A stretch of 64,000 bases of DNA from NCBI GenBank assembly GCA_030019335.1, contig JASEET010000005.1:25962-89961 (forward strand), read 5' to 3'. This document shows positions 47,591 to 55,832 of this stretch, piece by piece. Numbering within the stretch: the stretch's first letter is position 1; each line of letters begins with the position of its first letter. This stretch comes from Candidatus Bathyarchaeia archaeon (GTDB lineage Archaea; Thermoproteota; Bathyarchaeia; Bathyarchaeales; Bathycorpusculaceae). The notes under the pieces are model-generated. The model was not told where the DNA came from, made no database searches, and was given only the letters and a program-made list of their open reading frames with translations. The translations under genes were made by a program, and so were the position numbers.

Positions 47591-47872
47591 TTACCACAAC
47601 CTCCTAATGCGCTTTTTGAGGCGGTCTTCAGGTCTTCCTACGAGAAGTTTTCCGTCAATTTCAACAACCGTTCCATCAGAAAACCTGAAATGAAAAACAG
47701 CTGAATCTTTTACAACGATTTTTCTTTTCTTTTCATGTAAAATTGTGAGGGTGTTTCGTGTTTCATCTATTACCTTGCCAGCTATTCCAACGTAACCGGG
47801 ATTTCTGCTTTTGGCAACTTTCACTTCGGTTCCAATAAATTCATAGCGGATTATTTCTGGCGTTACTTTCAT
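47591..47872 (-). CDS. rnp1: RNase P protein component 1 (Rpp29/Pop4)
   Basis: EFIGTEVKVAKSRNPGYVGIAGKVIDETRNTL; canonical position between uL29 and uS17. Confidence 0.85.
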   Translation of the reverse strand: MKVTPEIIRYEFIGTEVKVAKSRNPGYVGIAGKVIDETRNTLTILHEKKRKIVVKDSAVFHFRFSDGTVVEIDGKLLVGRPEDRLKKRIRRLW

Positions 47873-48108
47873 TTCTCTTTCTTCCCCTCAGTCTTCGCTT
47901 TTCCTAGCCCAAGTTTTTGCTCGTTCTCTATGGTTAGTATTCGGGCAATTGTTTTGCGTAGCTCTCTTATTCTAGCTGGATTTTCTATTGTACCGCCTGC
48001 TTTAATCATAGTTTTTAATCTGAGAAGCTCTGTTCTAAGCTCGTTGAGTCTTTTCATTCTTTCTTCAGAGGGTATATCTCGTATTTCTTTGACTCGCAGT
48101 ATTGGCAT
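47869..48108 (-). CDS. rpl29: 50S ribosomal protein uL29
   Basis: LNELRTELLRLKTMIKAGGTIENP. Confidence 0.88.
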   Translation of the reverse strand: MPILRVKEIRDIPSEERMKRLNELRTELLRLKTMIKAGGTIENPARIRELRKTIARILTIENEQKLGLGKAKTEGKKEK

Positions 48109-48786
48109 CTACTCGGTTGCCTCCTTTTCTTCGCTTTTTTCTTCAGGTTTTTCTTCGGCTGCGGCTTCTAACGTTTCTTCTTCGGGTGGAAGAGCTTCAA
48201 TTATTTGGATTTTGTCTGGAAACTTTGCGTCAGGCAGCATTATCCTAACTTTTACGCCAAACATGCCAGGTTTCAGTTGGACGTGAACTTCGGCTTTTCG
48301 CATGTACTTTAGTGCTGGGTCTCCACATTTCGGCAGGTATCCAGCCCTGAATTTTTCATATCTTGCCCTCTCGGTTCTTAATTTTCCGCTTATGATTATT
48401 TCTGCCCCTAGGGCTCCAGATTCCATAACACGGTTTAAAGCCCAGAATCCAGATCGCCTAAAATGTACGCCTCTTTGTAGGGCTGAAGCGATGCGTGAAG
48501 CGACAACATAAGCATTCAATTCGGGAATTTCCATTTCGGAAACTGAAATTTGCGGGTTTGAAACATTAAATTTCTCCTCCAAAATTTTTGCAAGATCTCT
48601 TATTGTTCCTCCACCACGCCCTATTACCAAACCTGGACGCATCGCATAAATCACTATGTGGGTTCCTAACGGGGTTTTTGAGATGGTTACTCCGCCGTAT
48701 CCGGCTCTTTCAAGTCTTTTTTGTAGAAATTCGTCAATTTCTGTTCTTTTTATGGATTCTGTTACGAAATGTTTGACAACAGACAT
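48109..48786 (-). CDS. rps3: 30S ribosomal protein uS3 with acidic C-terminal tail
   Basis: KH-domain uS3 pattern. ATG 48786 overlaps the uL22 stop; the track start 48840 adds an Arg-rich artefact. Confidence 0.92.
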   Translation of the reverse strand: MSVVKHFVTESIKRTEIDEFLQKRLERAGYGGVTISKTPLGTHIVIYAMRPGLVIGRGGGTIRDLAKILEEKFNVSNPQISVSEMEIPELNAYVVASRIASALQRGVHFRRSGFWALNRVMESGALGAEIIISGKLRTERARYEKFRAGYLPKCGDPALKYMRKAEVHVQLKPGMFGVKVRIMLPDAKFPDKIQIIEALPPEEETLEAAAEEKPEEKSEEKEATE

Positions 48787-49274
48787 TATGCTTCTTCTCC
48801 TGTCTCTGCTTGTTCTTCTAGGGCTACTTCGATGTGGCATAGGGTTTGGAATTTTGGTGTGGTTCTTCCAAAGGCTCTTGGAATGTACCGCTTTATTTTC
48901 ATGCCTGGATATGCGGATGCATGAATGATGCGTAGTCTTTCGGTGTCTAAGCCCTTATATTCGGCGTTTGCTTCTGCTCCTTCAAGTACCTTTAGAATGT
49001 GTTTTGCTACTTTTACCGGATATCTGCCAGCATAAGCCTTTTCTAGTCCGTGGCGGTGTCCAGCCTTCTTTTTGAATCTTGTGAAGGGAACAGGCCTTTT
49101 TTTGGCTATAACATCTTTAAGATACTGTTTTGCCTGAATAAGCGTCATACCCTTAATTGTTTTGCATACTTCCCGTGCTGATTTATGAGATACTCTAACT
49201 TCTCGTCCGCTTGCTTTCACGGTTTTTTCCGGGTCTAGTTCTTCTTCTGTTATGGAGTATCCCCATTTTGGCAC
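48786..49274 (-). CDS. rpl22: 50S ribosomal protein uL22
   Basis: PKWGYSITEEELDPEKTVKASGREVRVSHKSAREVC. GTG 49274 has GGAGAG 8 nt upstream. The 240-aa track ORF is an artefactual fusion. Confidence 0.88.
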   Translation of the reverse strand: MPKWGYSITEEELDPEKTVKASGREVRVSHKSAREVCKTIKGMTLIQAKQYLKDVIAKKRPVPFTRFKKKAGHRHGLEKAYAGRYPVKVAKHILKVLEGAEANAEYKGLDTERLRIIHASAYPGMKIKRYIPRAFGRTTPKFQTLCHIEVALEEQAETGEEA

Positions 49275-49342
49275 TTTTTGGTCTCTCCAACTTGCAATTG
49301 AACAGCGGTATGGTGATTTATATGGTTTTCCATACTCGCTCG

Positions 49343-49508
49343 CTATTTCCGTTTTCTGAACAGTTTTTTCCCATTCTATGTCTGCGACGTATTCAAAACC
49401 CACTTCCAACAGTTTGCATGTTTCCTCTAACATTTCAGCAACTTTCACATGGAACTCGCTGTTTTCTGTTTGGAATATAGCCTGTTCAATGTTTATGTAA
49501 ATCTCCAT
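49343..49508 (-). pseudogene. small archaeal gene ending in the recurrent ...GFEYV...LFRKRK* motif, shifted by one extra base in a T6 run (49364-49369)
   Basis: MEIYINIEQAIFQTENSEFHVKVAEMLEETCKLLEVGFEYVADIEWEK, then in the -1 frame LFRKRK-stop (TAG 49343-49345). The motif is recognised from memory of archaeal small proteins; I cannot name the family. Confidence 0.45.
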
Positions 49509-49529
49509 GTTTTGAATGTTTTTATGGCG

Positions 49530-49975
49530 ACACGCTTCCTTAGCCTACGTAATGTTTACCGTTTGAGGCATGAATCTACGGAGATATCGACCAAGTCCAC
49601 ACGCTGTTCCTGCACCATACCTCAAAGATATATAGTCTTTCTATCTGCCATCGATAATGACAATGTTCTACAGTATCTTCTCACCAATGTAAGACATACC
49701 AGGTGGTGGCATGATGGCTACCATCACCATCTGCATCAACCCATTCTTCTATGCAATAGGCAGAACGCTTATCTCAAAACTAAGATGCAATTCATAACAA
49801 TTACATAATCACCCTTTATCGGATAATAAGATACCCTTGCAGGTGCGTATTCTTTCCTTTGGCTATATCGTCTAAACGGAACCGGCGCCAAGCACCTGTA
49901 AAGATATTTTTCATAGTCACTGACTTTAGTGATATTAATAATTTTAATTTGAGAAGCATGCTTCATTTTAGTCAT
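49530..49975 (-). pseudogene. degraded GNAT-like acetyltransferase relic
   Basis: The 68-aa ORF YEKYLYRCLAPVPFRRYSQRKEYAPARVSYYPIKGDYVIVMNCILVLR resembles N-terminal/central motifs of an archaeal GNAT family. Downstream frames are riddled with stops. Confidence 0.3.
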
Positions 49976-50114
49976 GCTTAGTTCATCTAACTAACTTTTA
50001 TAAAATTTTTACATAACTTTTTGAGCAAAAGAGAGAGAAAAAGTAAGCATACCAATGGGCATTCTAGCACTACTACTCTCTCCCTTGTATTTGAAGTTAG
50101 GCTTGTAGGGAGCT

Positions 50115-50633
50115 CTATTCGAAGAATATGTTAAACAACTCGAGATGAGCCGTATAGAGGATTGTGGAGATGGCGATGATTATTATAAGGAAAAGGAATT
50201 TTTCCATGGCTGAGCCTGTTCTTATTCCATCTCTTACTTTTGCTTTGCTGAATGGTTGCAGCCATTTTATACCTGTTGGGTTAAGCGAATCCGCAGCCAA
50301 GTGCGAGATAAAGCCTAAGAAAAAGCATGCCACAGCCAACATTCCCAAATCATAGAACGCGGCGATAACCCAAACAGCCGCTGTTGCAATTAAAGCAGCC
50401 AGAAGACTGTGAACGATTCCTCTATGAGTAACGAACTTGCTAACACCTCTGGATGTTCGCCTAAACAAGTAAGACTGTCTGGCTAGAAAGCCTCTAGGAT
50501 GGTCAATGTCTGGCAATAGGCTTCCAGCAATAAGAAGAGCTAAAATCATCGGGTCGTCAAATGGTAACTCAACAAAGTAAGCGGTAACATAGTAGCATAG
50601 TAGAGCAAAAGCCGCATGAGTTGTTCCAATCAT
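50115..50633 (-). CDS. DUF457/YdjM-like membrane-bound metal-dependent hydrolase
   Basis: MIGTTHAAFALL...LLPDIDHPRG...HRGIVHS...HLAADSLNPTG. Confidence 0.75.
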   Translation of the reverse strand: MIGTTHAAFALLCYYVTAYFVELPFDDPMILALLIAGSLLPDIDHPRGFLARQSYLFRRTSRGVSKFVTHRGIVHSLLAALIATAAVWVIAAFYDLGMLAVACFFLGFISHLAADSLNPTGIKWLQPFSKAKVRDGIRTGSAMEKFLFLIIIIAISTILYTAHLELFNIFFE

Positions 50634-50881
50634 TTTTTACGCCACAAATCCGAAACACGACCAGCCTTCACGAGCTTCCACTTACCAAAGAAATCCTTCT
50701 TGTAAAAATGGTACAAGCCACAGCGAGTACACTGCATTATACGCCTACTTTTCTTAAAATCAACTTCATACAACTCTAAAGGCGAACCGCAATCAATACA
50801 TTTGCCGCCGTAAGTTCTTGCGTTTCTTTCACCCATTCGCAATTCTCCATCCTTTCTGAATACAATAGTTTTTTTAATCAA
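50630..50881 (-). CDS. small zinc-ribbon protein
   Basis: CIDCGS...CTRCG; 4-nt overlap with the downstream DUF457 gene. Confidence 0.55.
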   Translation of the reverse strand: MIKKTIVFRKDGELRMGERNARTYGGKCIDCGSPLELYEVDFKKSRRIMQCTRCGLYHFYKKDFFGKWKLVKAGRVSDLWRKK

Positions 50882-50940
50882 CCCCTTATCTGACGATTAG
50901 AAATATTAATAACTTCTCTGCTTACCTAAATATTCAAACT

Positions 50941-52488
50941 TTGGGAAGCTTGTTAAATGTGTCTAAGCCTCAAGAATCCAACAAGTTTGAAGCGTATTCA
51001 GCGAGCATATGTCCAGTATGTCAGAGAAAAGTACCTATGAGGATTTACGAGGAAAATGATGTGATTTACTTGGAGAAAACTTGTCCTGAGCATGGGAAGT
51101 TTGAGGATGTCTATTGGGGAGATGCTGAACTTTACAAATGGTTTTATGAGAACTGGTACAATGCCAGATATGCGGGCAGCGGTTTGAAAAACCCCCACAC
51201 TAAGATAGTTAATGGGTGCCCGTTTGACTGTGGGTTATGTCCGCAGCATAAGACGCATACTGTTTTAGGTATAATAGACGTTACGAACAGATGTAACATG
51301 GCATGTCCGATTTGTTTTGCCTATGCTGGGGCAGCAAACTACGTTTATGAGCCCTCATACGAACAAATTGTAGATATGATTAAGCTGTTTAGGGCTAATA
51401 GTCCTTGGGCTTGTAATGCCTTACAGTTCAGTGGTGGAGAACCAACTATAAGAAATGACTTGCCAGACTTGATTAGAGAAGCTAAAAAGGCTGGAATAAC
51501 CCATTTGGAAGTTAACACTAATGGATTGCGTCTTGCAGAAGACATAGAATACTTTAAGAAAATCCGCGAAGCAGGAATGAGCACGCTTTATCTCCAATTC
51601 GACGGCTTAAGGGAAGAAATATACAAGAAACTTAGAGCAAGAACAAACCTCGTTCCTATTAAAGAGAAAGTTTTAGAAAACGCTAGAAAAATAGGCTTCA
51701 AATCGATAGTTTTAGTGTTCACGTTAGCGAAGAACGTGAATGATAACGATTTAGGAAACATAGTCCAGTACGCTGTCAAAAATTATGATGTTGTCAGATG
51801 CATTAATATTCAGCCGATTTCGATGGCTGGAAGAGCCAGAAAAGAGGAGATGAGGAAACTTCGCATCACCATACCCGATGCAATCAAGCTAATAGAGGAG
51901 CAAACAAACGGAGCCGTGACAAAATGGGATTGGAGACCGGTTAACTGGCCTCTTCCAGTGTCTAAAGGAATGGAAATGTTAAAGAACAGAACTTATCCAG
52001 AATTCACAATGCATCCCATGTGCGGAGCAGCAACATTCGTAATTGTTGAGAAAGACAGCTCCTACAAGCCCATAACCAAATATGTAGATGTTGACAAGTT
52101 TGCCGAAATTTTCTGGGATATATATTATTCAGGCGTTAAAGGCAAAAAGACAATGGCAAAAATGAAACTGGTAAAACTTTTGCCGATGGTGAAGTCTGAT
52201 CTTGTTAGAAACTTGATTAAGAATGTGATAACCAAGGGAAGCTACGAGGCTTTAGGAGAACTCATGCATCGAGTTATCATGCTTGGAATAATGCATTTCC
52301 AAGACGTGTGGAACTTTGATGTAGATAGGGTTCAAAGATGTGCAATTCATTACGCAACGCCAGACGGAAAGATAAGGTCCTTCTGCACGTACAACAGCAT
52401 TTACAGAAACGAAGTTGAAAAGCAGTTCGCCGTTCCAATCAGTAATTGGACCAGCAAGATAGGAAAGAAAATCAACGAGCCAGCATAA
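50941..52488 (+). CDS. COG1964-type radical SAM protein with N-terminal CPxC...CPEHG knuckle; tetraether lipid synthase (Tes / GDGT-MAS)-like
   Basis: SICPVCQRKV...KTCPEHGKFEDVYWGD, NRCNMACPICF radical SAM cluster, SGGEPT. The size (515 aa) is similar to described Tes enzymes. Confidence 0.5.
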   Translation: MGSLLNVSKPQESNKFEAYSASICPVCQRKVPMRIYEENDVIYLEKTCPEHGKFEDVYWGDAELYKWFYENWYNARYAGSGLKNPHTKIVNGCPFDCGLCPQHKTHTVLGIIDVTNRCNMACPICFAYAGAANYVYEPSYEQIVDMIKLFRANSPWACNALQFSGGEPTIRNDLPDLIREAKKAGITHLEVNTNGLRLAEDIEYFKKIREAGMSTLYLQFDGLREEIYKKLRARTNLVPIKEKVLENARKIGFKSIVLVFTLAKNVNDNDLGNIVQYAVKNYDVVRCINIQPISMAGRARKEEMRKLRITIPDAIKLIEEQTNGAVTKWDWRPVNWPLPVSKGMEMLKNRTYPEFTMHPMCGAATFVIVEKDSSYKPITKYVDVDKFAEIFWDIYYSGVKGKKTMAKMKLVKLLPMVKSDLVRNLIKNVITKGSYEALGELMHRVIMLGIMHFQDVWNFDVDRVQRCAIHYATPDGKIRSFCTYNSIYRNEVEKQFAVPISNWTSKIGKKINEPA

Positions 52489-52564
52489 CTTTTCTGGGCA
52501 GGACTAGAAATGTTCAGAAAAGAAGAAAGGGGCGGTACTAAAAATAAAAGGGAATGAAGTGCTT

Positions 52565-53719
52565 TTACATTGTTTTCATTAGTCGGTTTATTATTGTCAG
52601 TTTCTGCATCTCTGTTGTTCCTTCGTATATTTCTGTTATTTTTGCACAGCGATGGAAACGCTCAACATGGTAATCTGCCAGATATCCGTATCCACCATAA
52701 ATTTGAATTGCCTCATCCGTAACTTCCATGGCAACTCTGCCCGCAAAAGCCTTCGCCATAGAAGTTGCCATCGGGTCAAGTCTTCCTTGGTCGAACAACC
52801 AAGCCGCCTTATACGTTAACATTCTTGCAGCCTCGATTTTAATCGCCATGTCAGCCAGTTTGAAGGATATTCCTTGAAACTTAATTATAGGCGCGCCGAA
52901 CTGTTTTCTGGTTTTAGCATATTGAAATGCACGTTCAAAGGCTCCCTGAGACATGCCAACAGCTTGGGCGGCAACCGCAATTCTTGTTTCATCGAAAAGT
53001 TCAAGAGCGTAATAGAAGCCCTTGTTCAGTTCACCTACTAGGCTTGTTTCAGGCGCTTTGACATCGCTTAGTGCAAGGGAGCCCGTTATACATGGTTTGA
53101 TGCCCATTTTTCTTTTCAGCTTTGTTGCCTCCAGTCCCGGTGTGCCCTTCTCCACGAGGAATATGCTCTGACCCCTATGCGAAGGCGTGGCATTCGGGTC
53201 TGTTTGGCAAAGCACTATAAATATATCCGCCACCGGGGCGTTTGTTATGAACTCTTTGCTGCCGTTAATGACCCATTCGTTTCCACTTTTTACTGCTGTT
53301 GTGTCCATGCGTGTTATGTCGCTTCCATGTTCAGGCTCTGAGAAGGCTGCCGCTGATATTGTGTCGCCTCTGGCCAAAGGCGGAATATACTTTTTCTTCT
53401 GCTCTTCGTTTCCATGCTTTAACAGGACATCAGGAATCATCAAGTTTCCAAGCGACACTGCAGCTCCAAGTCCCGGGTCTACTCTACACATCTCTTCAAC
53501 CACTATGCAGTCTTCCAAGAGGCCGTAACCTTGTCCATCATACTCTTGCGGAATCCTCATGCTCGTGAATCCTAGCTTAGCTGCCTTTTTGTAGAGTTCC
53601 ATAGGAAACTCTTCTTTTTCATCAAGCTCCAAAGCCAGTTCTGGTGTAAACTCTTTTTCGCAGAATTCCTTAATGGCTCTTTTAATTTCCTTTTGTTCCT
53701 CATTTAATTCAAAATGCAC
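52565..53719 (-). CDS. acyl-CoA dehydrogenase (short/medium-chain, butyryl-CoA-DH-like)
   Basis: AFSEPEHGSDI, WVINGSKEFITN, C-terminal YEGTTEMQ. Confidence 0.92.
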   Translation of the reverse strand: MHFELNEEQKEIKRAIKEFCEKEFTPELALELDEKEEFPMELYKKAAKLGFTSMRIPQEYDGQGYGLLEDCIVVEEMCRVDPGLGAAVSLGNLMIPDVLLKHGNEEQKKKYIPPLARGDTISAAAFSEPEHGSDITRMDTTAVKSGNEWVINGSKEFITNAPVADIFIVLCQTDPNATPSHRGQSIFLVEKGTPGLEATKLKRKMGIKPCITGSLALSDVKAPETSLVGELNKGFYYALELFDETRIAVAAQAVGMSQGAFERAFQYAKTRKQFGAPIIKFQGISFKLADMAIKIEAARMLTYKAAWLFDQGRLDPMATSMAKAFAGRVAMEVTDEAIQIYGGYGYLADYHVERFHRCAKITEIYEGTTEMQKLTIINRLMKTM

Positions 53720-53746
53720 TTATTACATCTCCTTTTTCGTTTAGAC

Positions 53747-54730
53747 CTATGCTTTTTGTCCTTTCAACTCATATATTTTACCTTTCAACGCGGGCACAAC
53801 CTTGAATAAATCGTCAACAATGCCGTAGTCGGCGAAGCTGAAGATGGGCGCGTTTGGGTCTTTGTTTACGGCTATGATTAAGTCTGAGTTTTTCATTCCT
53901 AGAACATGCTGAAAGGCTCCGCTTATTCCAAGAGCAATGTAAACTTTTGGCTTTACGGTTTTTCCAGAAGTGCCCACTTGACGGTCGCTTGGAAGCCATC
54001 CCTTATCCACGATTGGACGTGAGCAAGCAAGCACTCCACCAAATGCCTTTGCCAACTCTTCAACCATTGGCATATTGTTCTCGTCCTTTATTCCGCGTCC
54101 AATGCCAATGAGCACATCTGCGGCTGTTATGTCAACTCCTCCTGGAGGCGGCAAAACATATTCGATGAAACGTTTCTCGGTTATCTCTTCGGAAAGCGGA
54201 GAGGGCGTTTCTATGATTTCTCCGTTCATGGTTGGTTTTTGAGCTGCGAAGGTTGCTTGGCGGACAGTAACAATGTAACTTTTAGACTTTCGAACTTTTG
54301 CCCTAACGTTCACTTTGCCACCGTACATTTGCCGCGTTACAATAAGTGCTTCGTTTTCAAACTCTAAGTCTATGCAGTCCGTTGCAAGCGGCAGATTCAG
54401 ATCAACTGCAAGGCTTGGAGCTAAATCCACACCAAAAGATGTGTGCCCTATCATGGTTAGCAACGGCTTATGCTCTTTGATTAGATTTGATAACACTTTC
54501 TGGTACGCTTCGGAGTTAAAGTTCTCCAATTTCGCATCTTCAATTAGCAGAACCTTTTTCGCGTATTCTGAAAGGGTTTTGGCATGTTTCTTAACGTCTT
54601 TGCCCAACAGAACCGCTGTCAAATCCATGTTTGTTTTTTCGGCTAGTTCTTTGCCCTTTGTCAGCATTTCGAAGGCTATGTCTCTGATTTGTCCCTGCCT
54701 ATGCTCAGCCAGAACAAAGATTTCCTTCAT
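53747..54730 (-). CDS. etfA: electron transfer flavoprotein alpha subunit
   Basis: PKVYIALGISGAFQHVLGM...IAVNKDPNAPIF. Confidence 0.9.
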   Translation of the reverse strand: MKEIFVLAEHRQGQIRDIAFEMLTKGKELAEKTNMDLTAVLLGKDVKKHAKTLSEYAKKVLLIEDAKLENFNSEAYQKVLSNLIKEHKPLLTMIGHTSFGVDLAPSLAVDLNLPLATDCIDLEFENEALIVTRQMYGGKVNVRAKVRKSKSYIVTVRQATFAAQKPTMNGEIIETPSPLSEEITEKRFIEYVLPPPGGVDITAADVLIGIGRGIKDENNMPMVEELAKAFGGVLACSRPIVDKGWLPSDRQVGTSGKTVKPKVYIALGISGAFQHVLGMKNSDLIIAVNKDPNAPIFSFADYGIVDDLFKVVPALKGKIYELKGQKA

Positions 54731-55519
54731 TTATATCAGCCCCCTAGCTCTGAGGATTTCGGCAATTTTCGCTGAGACTTCTTCTGGGGTTCCCTTAAGG
54801 AACTCTGCTTGTTTCTCCACAGAAGGCACAAACATCTTCTCTATCTTTATCCAAGAACCTGCTTCGCCAACATCGTTTTCGCTTAAGCCTATGTCAGCCA
54901 AGCCTAGAACCTTTATCTCCTTTTGCATGGCTTTACGGATGCCCATAATTGAAACGTATCGTGGCTCGTTTATTCCCGTCTGAACTGTGAGAACCATAGG
55001 CATTTTCACCTCAACCATTTCTTCTAAGCCTCCTTCCAATTCTCGGTTAACTTTGGCAACACCGTCGTCTAATTCAATTTTTTTAACCATTGTTGCATGT
55101 GAAATCCCAAGCAATTCAGCAAGTATGGGTCCAACCATCGTGTAGCCGTCGTCGCCAGCTAGAGCCCCAGTCAATATCAAGTCGAAGGGCAAACTCTTGA
55201 TCGTGCTCTGCAAAATTTTCGCAATTGCATAACCGTCAGAATCTTCAAACCTCGTGTCCGTCAGTCTTATTGCTTTGTCTGCACCTCTGGCTAGGCATTT
55301 CCTTAATGTGCTGTCAGCATCTTCAGGACCAACAGTTATTGCTGTGACTGTGCCTCCAAACTTCTCTTTAATGCGAACCGCTTCCTCCAGTGCGTAGTCA
55401 TCCCACTCATTAATGTCAAAGACCAAGCCTGTTTTCTCTATAGCCTTCCCAGTAGCGTCAATCTTTATCTCTGCTTCCGCTGTTTCCGGAACATGCTTAA
55501 CACAAACAATTATGTCCAA
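54731..55519 (-). CDS. etfB: electron transfer flavoprotein beta subunit
   Basis: IIVCVKHVPE..., NEWDDYALEEAVRIKE; TTG start after GGAGGAAAG. Confidence 0.9.
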   Translation of the reverse strand: MDIIVCVKHVPETAEAEIKIDATGKAIEKTGLVFDINEWDDYALEEAVRIKEKFGGTVTAITVGPEDADSTLRKCLARGADKAIRLTDTRFEDSDGYAIAKILQSTIKSLPFDLILTGALAGDDGYTMVGPILAELLGISHATMVKKIELDDGVAKVNRELEGGLEEMVEVKMPMVLTVQTGINEPRYVSIMGIRKAMQKEIKVLGLADIGLSENDVGEAGSWIKIEKMFVPSVEKQAEFLKGTPEEVSAKIAEILRARGLI

Positions 55520-55754
55520 GCCCTCTTTCCTCCTTGAATGCCAAATTTCCGTTTAACATTATTACTTTTTCGTCTGTTTCCCCCTTAATCTCCATACAAT
55601 CTTTGCTGTGAAATATCATATAATAGTCTTTAAAAAAGCGATAAAAGAAAAAGAGAGCTGGTGGAAATAACTGTCTGAAAAGCTGCCATCCCTATCTTGG
55701 CGCAAACTTCTGAAAACCCTAAGCAAGGGCAAAAACTCAGAGGGGGAGGGGGTC

Positions 55755-55772
55755 TAAAAAAATAAGAGGCCT
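55755..55772 (-). terminator. oligo-T tract downstream of the HdrA/MvhD gene
   Basis: The minus strand reads GGCCTCTTATTTTTTTAGACC about 60 nt after the stop at 55833. Confidence 0.35.
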
Positions 55773-55832
55773 ATCAGCATTTTATTTTACATCAAAATAT
55801 AAAGGGATTATCCAATTTAGGTTGTGAGAAAA

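Noticed and set aside
43190-47693. Many 60-165-aa plus-strand ORFs (for example 43190-43483, 46137-46586, 47093-47587) opposite the ribosomal protein genes. Similar antisense ORFs lie opposite other long genes (596-1039, 1565-1984, 8120-8458, 12696-13160, 18312-18854, 29355-29969, 33758-34318, 54315-54983, 63091-63486).
   Set aside because: They are shadow ORFs of well-supported genes on the other strand. Their products are low-complexity (F/L/S/R-rich) with no motifs, reflecting K/E-rich or biased codons on the true strand.
48786-49508. The 240-aa 'long uL22' with a novel N-terminal domain, as given by the ORF track.
   Set aside because: The uL22 homology begins at PKWGYS, right after an in-frame GTG (49274) with a GGAGAG SD. 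The upstream 78 codons belong to a separate small gene that terminates as ...LFRKRK-stop when one base of a T6 run is removed.
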